Assembly: GCA_009602725.1 (NCBI GenBank)
Contig: WELB01000032.1
Coordinates: 447,719 to 511,718 of the forward strand
Reading direction: 5' to 3'
DNA: 64,000 nt
Source of the DNA: Spirogloea muscicola
Lineage: Eukaryota
The position numbers were made by a program, and so were the translations under genes. Every line of letters starts with the position of its first letter. The stretch's first letter is position 1. The notes under the pieces were generated by a model, which was given only the letters and a program-made list of their open reading frames with translations, made no database searches and was not told where the DNA came from. Positions 24,901 to 42,250 of the stretch are shown here, in pieces.

Positions 24901-27135
24901 AAGAGACAGGTCCACCCTCGGCCAGCAATCTGTGCAGCATCTCTCTCTAAGTGCAGACTAATGATGTGCAAAGAAACAGAGGACCTGACAGGGCCATCTC
25001 TCTTAAGATGTGCCAGCGATGACAATAGCTTCAATGCAGGCTTGCCACCGTTGGAAGATTGTTTTGGACGAAGCAATTAAGTACTGTACTTGGAACACTC
25101 TTGACTTTCTCAACAGGTCTGGTCTTAAGACGTCAGTCCATACTTCTTATATCATGTCTACTTCACCTGGAGCCACAACTCGCTCAACGAGGAGAGTGAG
25201 CAGATACTGTCAGGAAGGGAGCACAGTCTATTGCCGAAGGCAGAGAGGACCTTCAGCTGAGAGAGCTCTCCAATCTCTGTCTGACATTGGGTGGAGAAAG
25301 CCGAACCTTGGTCAGTCATCTGAAGGCCTGACATGTTATTGGAGGTATAAGTGAGCTTCTCAAGCAAGTGTTCAGTCTTATTTCTGCAGCCTGGCTCGAG
25401 CGCGGATAGGAAAGGTGCAGTCCTGCTAGCTTCTACTTACCCTTTGGTAATTGATGAAGTCTATTGCCGGCCACAGATAGTGCCTGTAGGTTGGTAAAGT
25501 GCCGTACCGTGAGATGTCAAGCATCTGACAGCATCGTAGGCTATTTTTACTGCAATTCGACTAAGGATCTGAACCATGTGCATCTGTCCTCTCACCTGCA
25601 ATGAGCACAGATCCCCTATAGTGCTTGGCAGATGTTCCAGTAAGTTACCATCCAGATCGAGTATACGTAATCTCAACAGCCTGCCAATCTGTTCATGTAA
25701 TTCCCGTTCAACGTTATACAAGGAGCAAGTACCGACAAAACAATTCCTTGCGAGCATGTAGATGCAAGAAGAATTCAGGAGTAAGGATGAATCAAGCTCC
25801 TCTTGCCCTGTATTTCACCAACTCCATTCTGCATTGCTAGTCAGAGCAGGAAGAAGAAACAGGGCCTGCAATTAGCACTTACTGTCCTATAGGACAATGT
25901 GTGGCCGGCCACTTCGTTAAATAGACCAATAGAAGTTGTCGGACCAGAGCCACTTACCTCTGATGGCACCTCCTGAAGAAGGTTGCTGTGCAACCAAAGG
26001 CCTTGTAGGTATGTCAATCGACCAATGCTGGCAGGCAGCTGTCTCAAGTGATTACCAGCCAATCCCAGCCTCCTCAACTGCGAATTGCTGGCCCACATCT
26101 TTGAAGCTTGTCAGACAGAACAATGATAGTGAAATAACATGTTTGCATCCAGTATCAGTCACAACCACGTAACTCTCCGAAAGGCTACACATAATCATGA
26201 AAGTAAGGACTACTTTGTGAGAGGCTTGCTGTTCTGATTACATTGGTCAGCTTGCCAATTGCCTCAGGTAAAGACTTGATAACGTTCCCAGCCAAGTTGA
26301 GGTCTACAAGCTCGACCATTTCAAAGATGATTCGTGGTACCTCCACAAGTCCTGCGCATACGCACAGGAGAAGATGCTCCTCTCAAGGACACTGGTGTTG
26401 CGGGCCTATTGCAGAGTCAGGCGGAACATGCATGGTGTGAGGACCCACAGATTCTTTCACCTTTGCTCCTCTATTTGGCAATGCATGACATGAAAGTGGA
26501 CCAACGAGCAGTAGACTTTTGCATTGACTCAAAGGTGCAACATCAGTAAGGGGATGGCAGCGATTGACTTACCGCAACCACTGAGGTCAAGAGAACCAGA
26601 GCTTGCAGCTTTCATGATCCTCGAGTTGAGCTCGGCATGCTCGATCCCCTGAGAAATAGCTGCAAATGGAGGAGCTCTTGCTACTTATGCTTACTAGGAG
26701 GTCTGTAATGCTGTGGTGTCCAGTAAGAATACTGAAGCTTATGATGGCTACTGCAGCACACCTGCACCCATGTCTACGGACCTACATTCAATCATCGAAT
26801 CAAAGAGGAGCTGACTAGCAATAAGCATCCCTGGTAGTGAATAACTGACCTGCTGTGGTCACGGTTGGCAGGGATGCATCGACCAGCCGCTGGCCAGCTC
26901 CTGCTTGTGAAGTTACACATCTCAGCCTCTTTGGGAGCGGGAGCGTAGGAGAGCGGCAGCGGCAATGCCAGAAGAACCGGGGTAGATCCGGGCGAAGGTA
27001 GGAGGGGGAGGCCTGCAGATTCTCAAGTCGAGCAGTGGAGTGGAGCAGGCCAAGGCAGGGAGAGCGGAGGCGCTGCCGCTGCAGCGAGGCGCCGTGCGAC
27101 ACGGCGCCGCCGCCGCCGGGGGCGGGGCATGCCAT
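21979..27135 (-). CDS. Leucine-rich-repeat protein with C-terminal alpha/beta-hydrolase domain and plastid-transit-like N-terminus
   Basis: Many LRR exons (LRRLGLAGNHLRQLPASIGRL, LRILDLDGNLLEHLPSTIGDL, LNLADNDLATLPNSMGEL). These are followed by VLVVAFGSAPGVPNW, LYVVDPARSWY, the nucleophile elbow LLLGDSMGASAAL and HEVDDHRLA. Confidence 0.85.
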
Positions 27136-27241
27136 GGCGGCCGCCGAGGGCGGGCCGGGCAAGCCGGCGGGCGGGCGGGGCGACAGGCCGGAGCTACTCT
27201 GGGCGACCAGACAGCAGCAGCTAGCGACACCAAAGAGAACG

Positions 27242-28335
27242 ACAGAGAGAGAGCTAGCTGCTTCGGCACTCTTTCTGGCCCCTTCGGCCTTGGTTCGTTC
27301 TTCTTTATGGGCTGGCCTCTCACAGCCAACGCCCTCTACCGGAAGCGTCTTCCTTCCTAAGCCAGAGAGAGCTCAGGCCCCGCAGTCGCTGCTTAGCTCG
27401 TAGTTTGGCCCCTTCGAACCTTGTCAATTCTTTTCGGGCTGGCTTCTCACAGCCCTTGCCTCCCAGTGGGAGAGCCACTTCTTCTTCAGAGAGAGCTGCT
27501 TCGGCACTCTCTCTGGCCCCTTCAGAGAAGAAGAGCGCGCCCATAGAGAAGAGGAGCTGGCAAAGCCAGCCCAAAAAAGAATGGACAATGTCCAAAGCCA
27601 AAGAAAGAAGAAGTGGCTCTCCCAATGGGGTCAAGGGCTGTGAGAAGCCAGCCCGAAAAGAATTGACAAGGTTCGAAGGGGCCAAACTACGAGCTAAGCA
27701 GCGACTGCGGGGCCTGAAGAGGCTATGGCAGAACGGGGGAGGATGGACCACTTAGTAGTTACGAGTGAGGAGCCTCACATCCGACAGACTAGCTGCCGGT
27801 AAACTATCCCCCTGACGAAAGCCGGAGGCCTTGGTTCGTTCTTCTTTATGGGCTGGCCTCTCACAGCCAACGCCCTCTTCCGGAAGCGTCTTCCTTGTTG
27901 TTCTTCGTACTTCCCCTGGCCCCTTCTCGTCCTTTGTTCATTCTTTTTTGTGCTGGCTTTTTCCAGCCCCTATCCTCAATGGTCGAGCCCTTTCTCCTTC
28001 CTAAGGGGGTGGGGGTTTTTGGAAAAGCCAGCCCAGGAATAACAATCATGGTCCAAAGGAAGCCGAAAAGCGCTGAAACACATAGAGGAGAGAAGAGAAA
28101 GAAGATCGACTCTTCAGTAGAAATTGCTCGCCCATAGACTCTTCCAGTAAAGGGCTCACAGCCCTTGCCCCCATCGGAAGAGCCACTTCTTGGCCTCTCG
28201 CACCACTGCTGTCTGTTCAGCCCTTCTCCATTCCTTGGGGCTGGCCTCTCCCAGCCACCAGTTAATCTGGCCCCGATTTCCTTGTCTGTTGTCAAGGGAT
28301 GGAGGGCCTGAGTTGCCAAGTACAACGATAAGCAC
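27242..28335. mobile_element. Nested stack of at least 8 retrotransposon 3' tails in a bidirectional promoter
   Basis: Minus 27752-27830 reads ASGFRQGDSLPAASLSDVRLLTRNY*. Tails match 1-90, 441-560, 59195-59370 and 60810-60990. Direct repeats at 27256-27285/27494-27523, and CAGAGAGAGCT at 27363 and 27487. Confidence 0.8.
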
Positions 28336-28488
28336 TAAGACTGCGTAGGAGGCCAGGCGAGAGCGGCACGGTGCTGCTTGACACGTGGCACCTGGTGGCG
28401 GCCTCGCCCGCCGGGTCGCCGCCCGGGGTGAGGGCCCGGCGGAGCGGAAGAGAGGGGCGACCTGGTCGCGCGCAGGCGCGGCCGGTGA

Positions 28489-32290
<3,802 letters not shown>

Positions 32291-33149
32291 AACAGATCTT
32301 GCAGTGTAAAATTGCTCAAAATAGAGCTACAGGCGACATATTTGAGGCCTTTGGTCTTGCAAAAGGATGTACTAGCATCTATTCTGGCTGACTGAGCTTG
32401 TCCTCCCAATTTTGACAATCTTGTATCATCAAGCACGCCCTTGTGTACACCTTTGTAGTTCTTGCGTTGAAAATTGTTTATATGACTACTTAAGCATAAT
32501 ATAGTCTGACATGTGAGGTTGATTGCCTTGAGTTCGACAATCGACAATTACACATAGACATCCATAGTTGAGAATGCAACACTTTGGACAGACATTTACG
32601 ATTGTGGGAAGAGAAATACAAGCAGACAACTCTTAGTCATGTGGCTTGAGAAGTCTTTGTGCATAAGATGTGGAGTAACCACCTTTAATTACAGGTAAGC
32701 TGACAGGTTACGCCACCTTTACTGTGATTCGGATCTTGACCTCTGCTCTTATTGTTTATGGTGGCTATATAAGCCACCTAGCATGTGTAAGAGTAGCTTA
32801 TACAGCTACATGTACATGCAGCCTGCCCTTTGTAAGCAGGGGTTTCACCTTCGTGCCAGACCGTTGGCAGCACGTGTGAGGTGAGCAGAAAGAGACTCCT
32901 AACTCACAGCTAGATCAAGAGGCCAGCCACGCTGCGCCAGACTCTGCCGAAGCTGAAATGTACTTTGAGTGCGGAGTGCCCTGACTGACCCGAAGATAAA
33001 TGAGCTTGAGCACAGGTGGTGCGGAAGCCGACCAAAGCTGGGGGCAGTGGAGATAAGTGGACTTCAAATGGAGAATGACTCTTTCAGTAGAGAGAAGGCT
33101 CGCGGTGCGCATGCAATTGAAAGGGAGGCCAATTCTAGCCTTACAAATG

Positions 33150-33680
33150 TCCTGTTAACTGGGTGATGAGCTGGCTAAAGGGGACACTAGTATCCCCGAG
33201 TGAGCACATGCATATCTGACATGCTAGTAGAGGGCGATGGCTGTGATCGGCCAGCCCAGGAAAAAGGAATGGGTCTCAAGCTGTGAGAAGCCAGCGTAGG
33301 AGCAAAGATGGAGGTCCACAGAAAGGACGCCAACATTCCTTTTACAAAAGAAAGCGCCTCCATACACAGAGAACGTCGTCTGCACATGGAGTTAGAGGCC
33401 AAATACGAGCGTTACGAATCCTGGTAACGGGGTAATAAGCTGGCTAAGGGGTTAGGAAGATTTCGTGTATTTGAAATAGACGAAGGCCAAAATGGCCAAG
33501 GGGGTCGCTATTACCCACGAGTGAGCACCGTACATAGCCGACAAAGGCGCCCAAAGGCGCCCCCCTGGTCCACAGACTGGTCCCCTGTCTGCCTAGCCTG
33601 TGGCTCCGTCATAGAACACCTGTATGCATCTGGCTGGCTTTTTACAGCCGATTTTAATGATAAATAGCAGCCGCAGGCTT
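33150..33680. mobile_element. Cluster of retrotransposon 3' remnants upstream of the SERAC1-like gene
   Basis: Minus SDMHVLTRGY* (stop 33187), family-A tail at 33460-33500, degenerate VLTRG at ~33510-33530, and 33585-33675 matching 333-420. Confidence 0.7.
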
Positions 33681-33740
33681 TGTCCCCAGAGGCGCCCCCC
33701 TTAGGGCGCGCCTTAGGGCACGCTCTGCGCCTCGCCGCCC

Positions 33741-36700
33741 ATGCTGCGGCCGCTGCTGCGGCTGGCCGCCCCCGTGCCGCGCGCCGCAGCGGCGCTCGCN
33801 GCCGCCCAGGGCCTCGTGCGAGCGCCCGGACGGCGGGAGGCGCTGCTGCGGTCCTGCAATGGGCCGCCGGGAAGCCGGGCTCGCCTGCGACCCCTCGGTG
33901 GCAGTGGCTGGCTTGCCGACGGCCCTGACAAGGGCACCGCTATCCCAGGGCCGCCGCAGCAGGCCGCGGGTCAGGTGAGCGATGCTCCGACTCGCGACCG
34001 TCAAGTGACCGTCAAATGCCACGCGTGGACATAGCTCTAGGCTGCCAGTGGGAGACTACTGCCGCGCTGGCCGCGCTTCCCATCAATTGGCCAGCTTCGG
34101 CGGCGGACTCACAAGCCCCCCTTACATACACTGTCCACCTTCTTCGTGTCTTCAGCTCACTGAGGCCTAGCTCCGTGTTTGCAGCTCACTAAGACCTATG
34201 AGGCGCTAACCGAGTACCTGCCTCCTTTCTGGGCGCAGCCACTGTCCCGAGGTAGTCTTGCACCTGCAGCCGGCGGAGCTGCGGCCGGAGTTGGAGGCAC
34301 GGGCAGTGCCACTGCCCAGGCCACTGCCAAGAGGAAAAAGCGCGGCCAGCCGCTGCTGCATCCTGTCTTCCTCACCGTGGCTGCCCTCAGTACAGCAGCA
34401 ACTCTCTGGATTCTGGGAGATGAAACTCACAAGGAGGACTCGAGCAGTCCGCTGAGCTTAGCAGCCATCGAGGCGCTGCTCAAGCGGCTGCTGCATAACG
34501 TTATGGAGGGCGCGAGCACAACATTGACTCGTGCCACAGAGGGCCTTCAAGCCGCATCTGTGCTCTGTCGCAGCATCGCCTCAATCGTCCTGTCAGGTTT
34601 GCAAAAGCATATTCTGGTGTGACAGCTGAGTAGCTCAGTTGGTGACCTTACTTGGTAGTGCAGATGCTCAACGGTTCTGGTTACAGAGCTGGAAAGACGA
34701 CAGATCAAGGACAGCATGCTGAGCACCCTGCTCTATGTAGCAGCAGAGCTTCTAAGATTGCTCCAAGCATGTCATAGACGCATGTATGAAAGTCTGCCTG
34801 ATTCTGCACAGATGTCCCATTACTCCTTGCAGTTGAAACAGACATCGCGTATCCAGATAGGCTTGACATAAAGTAATCACGCTCAGGAGCTTATAACACA
34901 AGTGTGTCCTGGACAGAGAGGGCGAGGCAAGGGGCCAAGGGAGAGGACTGGTGGGCACCTGCAGTTGCCGCCCTTGTGGCCGACTTTGTTGCTAATGAGA
35001 GAAGGCGACGGATTCTTGCTGGAGATGAGAAAGTTCTGGATTGGCTGCTCCACCAGGTGGCGGAAGGGCATCAACTGACCTCCCGAGAGGGTGGGAGGGC
35101 TCTGGCTCTCATGCTCAGAGACCCCCACAGCATGGCCATGGTGTTCAACCACAGGGGAGCAGTGCCTTGTCTCCTCCAGTATGCATCGTCTCTGGACCAG
35201 CCTGACCTGGAGAAGGTACTCATTTCTCCATTGCTAACTATTGGATGAATGCTAAGAAGGACATGCCATGGGAGTTTATCTTCTTTGTCAATTTTCCAAC
35301 TTCCATTGGCGCAGGATCAAGCTAGCTAAAAAACTCAACCGTATTGACAAGGTGATGTTGGTCGCCAGTTGTCTGTCAGGCCTTGCAAGGGGCGTAATGC
35401 ACAGCTTGTGTGAAGATTGACAGGGCTGCAGTAACCATGCTTTACCAAAACCCCTCATCTCCCTTCTGCATGATGTGCAGATCAAAACTAGTTCAAGAAA
35501 GCACGGAGTCAGAGCATCAAATGACCAGCTCGTATCGGCCATCATGGACCTGGTTACATCGAGCTCGACCGAGCTTGAGAATACAAATGACTCTGTGCCC
35601 AGACTGTTGGAAGAGGCATGTGTGGGTGATATCGCAGCTGCTTTGAGAATAGTGAAGGAAGGGGGCTTGGAAACAGAGAGTACTGAACCCCAGAATGCTG
35701 GCCTTCTCACATCTTGGAGCCCACAGGCCGATACTAGCACGTCAGCAGGTGTAGCCAAGTCAGCAGAAGAGTTGCTGCAACAGGCGGAGCCAAAGGCTGT
35801 GAAGCCGGCGCCAATGATGAAGAGGTCAAGTGCCGTGAGACGCCTTACCGCAGCAGAAGGGGTTGAGTCCTCTCAGCGGCGAAATGAGCTCTTGAAATGG
35901 GAGGGCTACCAAACCCCTGGGCAGCTGCCAGAGGACAGCGATGAGCCTGACGAGCAGAGTGGCCTTTGGGACGACCTGACGGGGACTTCGGTTGCAGTGC
36001 TGCTTGCAGCATGGGCACTGGCAGCATGGGCGAAGGTGGGAGTTTGCTCTTCCCTCCCAGTGCTTCACTGAGATGGCCAAAAGTCTGTGTCCCCTTACCT
36101 GTGAAATGCTGTACCTCACCTTTCCTTCACTGTTGGCAACCTTTTGCATGGACTCTGCATGGTCTTCTGCCTACGGTGATGCTAAGTAGCTACATGAAAT
36201 CGACAAAAATTGAAAGTGGCTGAAATACCACCACAAGAAGTGAAACAAGATGAGCAGAGCTTAAACGTACAAGCCTCGCTTACAACAATGAGACCTGATG
36301 TCCTTCCATAGTTGCCTGGTCATATGGAGCCTTACAAATGTGAATCAAGTTGTAGCACTGGGCTTATAACTGAGGAAGGCAAGGCAATTTGGACCAGGCA
36401 TGGAGAAGGACGTCGTTCATTGTCTGTATCAGTGTTTGCTGTATGATTGCTGTCTTGCTTGTCAGGAAGTGTGCACGTTATGTTGGACAAGTTGCACGCT
36501 GATCTTGCTCAGCAGGAACTAATAGAAGTTGTACTTGTGCCTTACCAGCGGTCAAGCAAGAACAGGACTAAGATTGTGGAGCTGGATGAGAGTGGACTGG
36601 CAGTGATGGCCGGAATCTTAGCCCCGGAGCGCAGCGTGCGGTTTCATGCCACATCAGTGATGAATCTTCTTCTCCAGTCAAAAGAGCTGGCAACCTCTGC

Positions 36701-39700
36701 AATTGAGGGCCTTGCTGATCTGTGGAGTGGCCCTCTCCTTGGGACCGTTGTCACAGCAATTGAGGGCGACGACATCGACCTGGCCTCTGCGTCCTTGGGA
36801 GGGCTTGTTGACTGCATGCGGCACAGCCAGGCCGTGTGCTCTTGGATTGCTAAAGAAATGCTGCCAACACTTAGACAGCTTGTGCAGGCCACAGAGAGCG
36901 AAGCTGTTCTGCAGGTACTGTTACACAGTCTGCTCGTGCATATTGCTCACTGCAAAGATTGTACCTTTTCTCACTTCAGGATCTTCTGGTTTCTTACAGT
37001 GAGCAAGTGGGCATTTCATAACAGAGGCAGTTTGCTGAAGCGCTGGAAGTGGCATGGTGTCACAATAACAATCTCCCAACCGAGGAATGCCGGCAGTGGA
37101 GCTCGGTGCTGCTGAAGTGGGCGTGCAGTAGCAACTCAGACAACCCCACCAGGGCATTGGCCGTGGCAGTGCTGCAACGCATGCTAAATCAGATGGGCGA
37201 GGAAGGAGGAGCTGTACCACTCACACAGGCATGGCTTGCGGCCATACTCATGAACATCGTTACTGAGAATGCCAACCAGGGAAATCGTCAGCTGCTTCAC
37301 ATGGTTGTTCAACAAAGTGCTCTTCAGGTTGGCACCTATCGCAGGGCCTTCCTCCAGAGCGTATCTGCCTATGAATCTATTGGATGCGTCAATTGCTATC
37401 TCGCATTGAAGGAGGGGAGGATGCTTGGCAGTGATGGCAGTGAAGTGCACATTACTTCAAAGTTGAGGCATGCTGCCTTTCCATCTTCAAATGTCAATCA
37501 CCTAGTGCGATACTATCTGACCAACTTCAGTTTCAAAACCTTGATACTGGCAATACTTCTTGCTCGTGCAGGACCAGGTAACAAAGAGAGCAGCAGCAGC
37601 GGCGGCTAAATTGGCAAGTGTGGTGGCTTGGGAGGCCCAGGATGCGCAGGAGGCTGCTGCATCAGCAGTCGAAGGCAGTGCCACGTCTGCGGAGTGGCAT
37701 GCGGACTTGGCAGCTGACCTGCTTGGGCTAGAGAGCCTCAAGGATGCAAACGGCACAGAGACCTTGGTGCACCTGAAGAAGAAGAAGGCTAAAGCACCTG
37801 TACGAGCAGTGGAGGCTGTGATAGCTGTCTCGGCAGCGGTCAAGGCAGCTGCAGAGGTCTGTGCCCAGGATCCAGGGAAGCTTGTGCAGGTTGCCAATGC
37901 TGGCGGGTTGCCACTGCTGCGGAGGCTCCTGCTCTACAAGGACTACAGCGCTTGGCTTAGACAGGATGGAGCTCTGAGTGCTGACGAGAAGGAGATTCAT
38001 TGCATGCACAAGCATGCTCTGAGGCTGCTGAAGCAGCTGCTTGCAGCAGGTGGAGGCGGATGCTGGCGTCAGCTGGCTGCTGACGAGGCCTGGCGAAGCT
38101 GGTTGACCCAGTGTGTGAGAGGGCAGGTTGATAGCTGCAAGGAGGACAAGATGAGCTCATATGCTAGGGAGGCCTTGCTACACTCCTCTCCGTTGGCTCA
38201 TAGTACACGTGCGCAATCTGGAAGGAATGACAAGCAGGACATGGATCCTTTAGACCGACCAAGGCCTAGATACGAGGACGGCGTCTTCCTTGTGAATCCC
38301 ACATCGCCGCTCTTCTCCCTGGAGCCTGGGGCTGAGCCCAAGATGGACATCGTCTTTGTCCATGGTCTCATGGGCGGGCCCTTCAAAACATGGAGGGTGG
38401 CTGACGAGCCCACAGTTAGTAGGGCCACTCCTACTGCAACAAAGGGTGTCTTGGAAGATGCGGGCGTTGATGCAGGAACTCCTGGAACGTGCTGGCCTTC
38501 ACAGTGGCTGGCCAAGGATGTGCCATATGCAAGGATGCTGACTATCAAGTACAAGGTGAGCTCTTGAAGATGTCAGCCACTGAAATAGGGAGAATGGCGC
38601 ATAAATAACTGCACCTACTTGCAGATTCGTTAGTAGATGCAGGGCTTCAATGAGGCATTTAGTGCGAATATGATGAGTGTTGCTTTTTGTAAGGCCAAGT
38701 TGTCTGCGTACCTTAGACTACCAAGAGTTCTCAGAAGTAACAGTACTGATGCAGACAAGTTGGCACATGCTGATCTACAGACGAATTTGTCTCGCTGGGC
38801 AGGCGTGACTCTACCATTACAGGTAGTGTATGCCGTGCCGAATGCAAGAGTCCCTCGTTTATTTTGCAACACTCTGGTCCTAATCTGCAGTAGTGGTTGC
38901 TGCTTCTAACAGCTACACTGCTTGTCCTTCAGGAAGCCAGCTCAATACTCCTCCAGAAGCTACGGGCTGCAGGTGTTGGTGATCGGCCAATTATCTTTGT
39001 GACGCACAGGTCTGTTCTCCCCTTCTTCGGCTTCTGAGTTTCACAGGCAGTGACTTTGCTCCCTGCATCTGCTATGTGTGTAGTCTGAGATTAGTGTGCT
39101 TCCAACGTGGTGTCACTTTTGTGGGTGGCAAAGGTCTTTCTAATGTGCAGTGCTTCTGTAGTTGATGACAAACTTGTGTAAGAAAGATATAGATGTTGTT
39201 TGTCCGAGCCCATCTTCTCTTTGGAGTACATTTGACCAACAAATTGCAGAGAAGCTGGTACATACGTCACAGGTCTATTGACAGTCATTCATTCGGAACG
39301 CATGAGATACAACTACTATGTCGTCCATAAGAAACGCAATCACTTGCTTTCCTTCTGAATGGCAACCAAAAGGTGGCCTTGTTTGGCAGTATGGGCGGGC
39401 TCATCGTCAAGCAGATGCTCGCGTATGCAATGGCTGATGCTGCCTATGAGGGATTTGCTAGACAAGTAGCAGGAATGGTAGGCATTGAGGCAACCTTTTC
39501 GAGCCATGTAGCTTCATACAGTTGAATGCTTTACCCTGACATTGGTGAACAGTCAGGTGCAGCAGCTGCAGAGACCTCATCATTGTAGCTGCAACTTCTG
39601 GTACTGGTCCTCGGAATTTGCAACTTAGCTGATGGACTTGCCTGGTGGTCCAGATCTTCTACACCTGCCCCCATTTTGGCAGTCGCCTCGCTGACATGCC

Positions 39701-40755
39701 GTGGGGTCACTTTGGCTTCAGGCCTGCTCCTTCGGTACAGATACAGTACTGATTGTTTGGGGTTTAGGGTTTCACGAGTTCTTCCAAGCAGCCGATGTCA
39801 TGCAAGCCAGGCTCGGTGGATGCACATATAGATCTGCTGAATTATGTAGCTCCTTCTGTCCCTTGTTTTGACGTCCGTGAGATTCTTGCTCTCACGGCTT
39901 AGGCACTTTCCTGTGCAGGTGGGAGAGATGCGTACAGGATCGCCGAGATTGGAGGAGCTCAACCGTAGATTGCGTCAGCTCCATCAGAAAGGCCTGGTGC
40001 AGGTCCTCAGTTTCAGTGAGGTACTGAAATTAATCACAGAGCTGCGTATAGCATTGGCCTCCGCTTCGCTTCTAGCTCTGCGCGTTGTGGATTCTGTACT
40101 TCCTAATAGGAGCATCTTCAGCAAGAGCATTCATTTGCAATTTGGTGCAAACTTGCGTACGAGCTTGGAGGACTCGCAGGGCGGCAAGCGTCACTTAGGC
40201 CATGTGAAGTACAAGGTGTCAAGAGGAGAGCGATCAGTAGTAGAGCCTAGTAGTCCTGCTTGCGATCATCCCAGGACTTGTAAGTAAAGGCAGTGCTAGT
40301 TAAAGCTCCTGCTGATGAGATTTCTGCTGCCTCAACCTATGTGGTGTCAGACAAAGCCAACGCCAGTGGTTGAGAGTTACGGTGGACTGAAGCTGCGCAT
40401 GGAGGTTGTTCCCATTGAGTCTGCATATCCAGGCTTTGGTGACATTGTGGTTTGGCTCCTCCCCGCCATCGTGCATTGTCAGGACTTCATTGCGTTCTTG
40501 GCAGCGGATGCTTTGCACGTGGTTTGTTGGCGTGCAGAGGCATGGAAAAGTACTGCTTAGACGTGTGTTTGCACTTGCATGTGACTGCCACATCAGGCAT
40601 GCTTGAGCTTAGGTATAAGAGAAGACCTCTATGTGCAGGTGTTGAGTGGTATCGACCATGTGAACTCTTGCAAACCCAGCAGCAAGGCCGACCCTGCTTA
40701 TTCCAAAACACTGGAGTTCATACAAAGCATCGCTAAGAAATCTGGAATAGAATGA
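33741..40755 (+). CDS. SERAC1-like protein (helical/ARM-like region plus alpha/beta-hydrolase)
   Basis: MDIVFVHGLMGGPFKTWR, CWPSQWLAKDVP.ARMLTIKYK, PIIFVTH|SMGGLIVKQML, FYTCPHFGSRLAD, VVPIESAYPGFG and DHVNSCKP; multi-exon. Confidence 0.9.
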
Positions 40756-41996
40756 GTTGCCAAAGGGAGGCCTCAATTGCGCATGGCGGCCCCGAAGTGG
40801 CGATGACCTTGCTGGCCCACTTCAAGGTGCATGCTTCTATAGCACATGAGCTTTGATGTGTAGCATCGTCCTGCTATTGAGCATGTTGCACAGTGCTACT
40901 GACCACATTGGTGCAATCTGGCCTTTTCACAAGTTAAGCAGATTCTTACTCCCAGAAAGAACCTATCAAGCTGCGTTCACGATCAATTAGCCATAACACA
41001 ACTTGATAAGTCAATTCATTACTCAGCATGATGGTGGCTTTTCTACAGGTTGAAGTTTTGTGGTTGGGACACACTGGTGTTCGTGGACTTAACAGTACCA
41101 TATTTGTCAAGAGCTATGATAGCCTGGCTGGGAGAGGGTAAAATGAGGCTATACGCCTACCAGTTTGCAAGTGTTCTGTGATAGCCTTTCAAGCTCACTT
41201 CAGAGTCCTGGACATTGAGGGACCACAGGATTCGATGGTGTACCGTGTGTAACAATGTTACGAGTAATGATGTAGCTTATGCATCTTCACCATAGTCAAA
41301 GCTCTGATCTGTCAGCAACCTGACATTCATCAAGCGATACTTCATTTCTAGCACAAGAACGTCGCTGTCCATGGCTTGGCAGTCATAGTTGTGGTGGAAA
41401 TGAAGTATTGCTGGACATACATCACTATTAAGATGATGAATCAGGCCAGCCAGAGGATTCACGGCACCATCACATTGTCCTATCAACCACTGCATTTTTG
41501 GGATGCAAGTCAATGACATGGGGATAGACGGTTACAACATGTTGGTCTGATGCCAGGGCGTGTATGCAGGAGCTTCAGGAGTTGTTGAAGACGAATAATA
41601 CACAGTAATATCTATCTCTTGAGGAAAGAAGATAGGCATCGAAGAGAGAAGTGGCACTCCCAATGGGGGCAAGGGCTGTGAAGACAGGCATCTAAGAGGT
41701 GGCTGACAGGAGCTCTTGTGCAAGTATAGGTATAGGTTTTGGGTCGGTGGGCCTCTCTTCACCAGTACGGACATGTTACTCTACTATCAGTCGCTGATCC
41801 ACCAGTGTGCATATTGATCCGCACCGCAGCTAATTCTTCATTCGGAGGACAAGTTTCTTGAGAAGGCTCTACATTGACAAAGCTCTGCTTTGATAGAAGT
41901 GCTCTCGGTTGTTTAAACACACAAGTAGTGCGCTCCTTGTCACACCTCGGTTTGGTTCCACTGATTGTGTGCAATTTCATCTCAGACAAGCTATGG

Positions 41997-42014
41997 CCCT
42001 AAACCCTAAACCCT
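41997..42014 (+). promoter_or_regulatory. Telo-box / short interstitial plant telomere repeat (CCCTAAA)2CCCT
   Basis: Exact plant-type repeat about 480 bp upstream of the LEA-like gene. A shorter GGGTTTAGGGTTT lies at 39760-39772 in an intron. Confidence 0.7.
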
Positions 42015-42127
42015 GACAGTCGCCATCGCTCGCTGGCCTTCTGAGCAAGTGTACAGCAGCTCGGCTCGGCCTCCCTCCTCGGTCCATGCGCGCCTTCTCG
42101 CCGTCTCACTTCCCCCCCGCGAGTAGG

Positions 42128-42250
42128 TGCCACTTGGCACGAGGCTTCGGTTAGCCACTTGGCGGCCTGCGGCCGCGTCCGGGTCGGATGACCACCACGT
42201 GGCGAGTTCAAGTGCCCCTCGAGACGCGGCCGAGGCTGCCGCCACGTGGA
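42128..42250. promoter_or_regulatory. ABRE/G-box cluster upstream of the LEA-like gene
   Basis: CACGTGGC at ~42196 and GCCACGTGG at 42241, plus GCCACTTGGC variants at ~42128 and ~42154. Confidence 0.55.

Noticed and set aside
33141..33451. ~40-bp imperfect direct repeat as a TSD
   Set aside because: Several mismatches, and part of it (CCTGGTAACGGG) also occurs within element sequence at ~59178, so it is ambiguous.
39760..39772. Telomere-healing site
   Set aside because: Fewer than two full repeats inside an intron; could be chance or an isolated telo-box.
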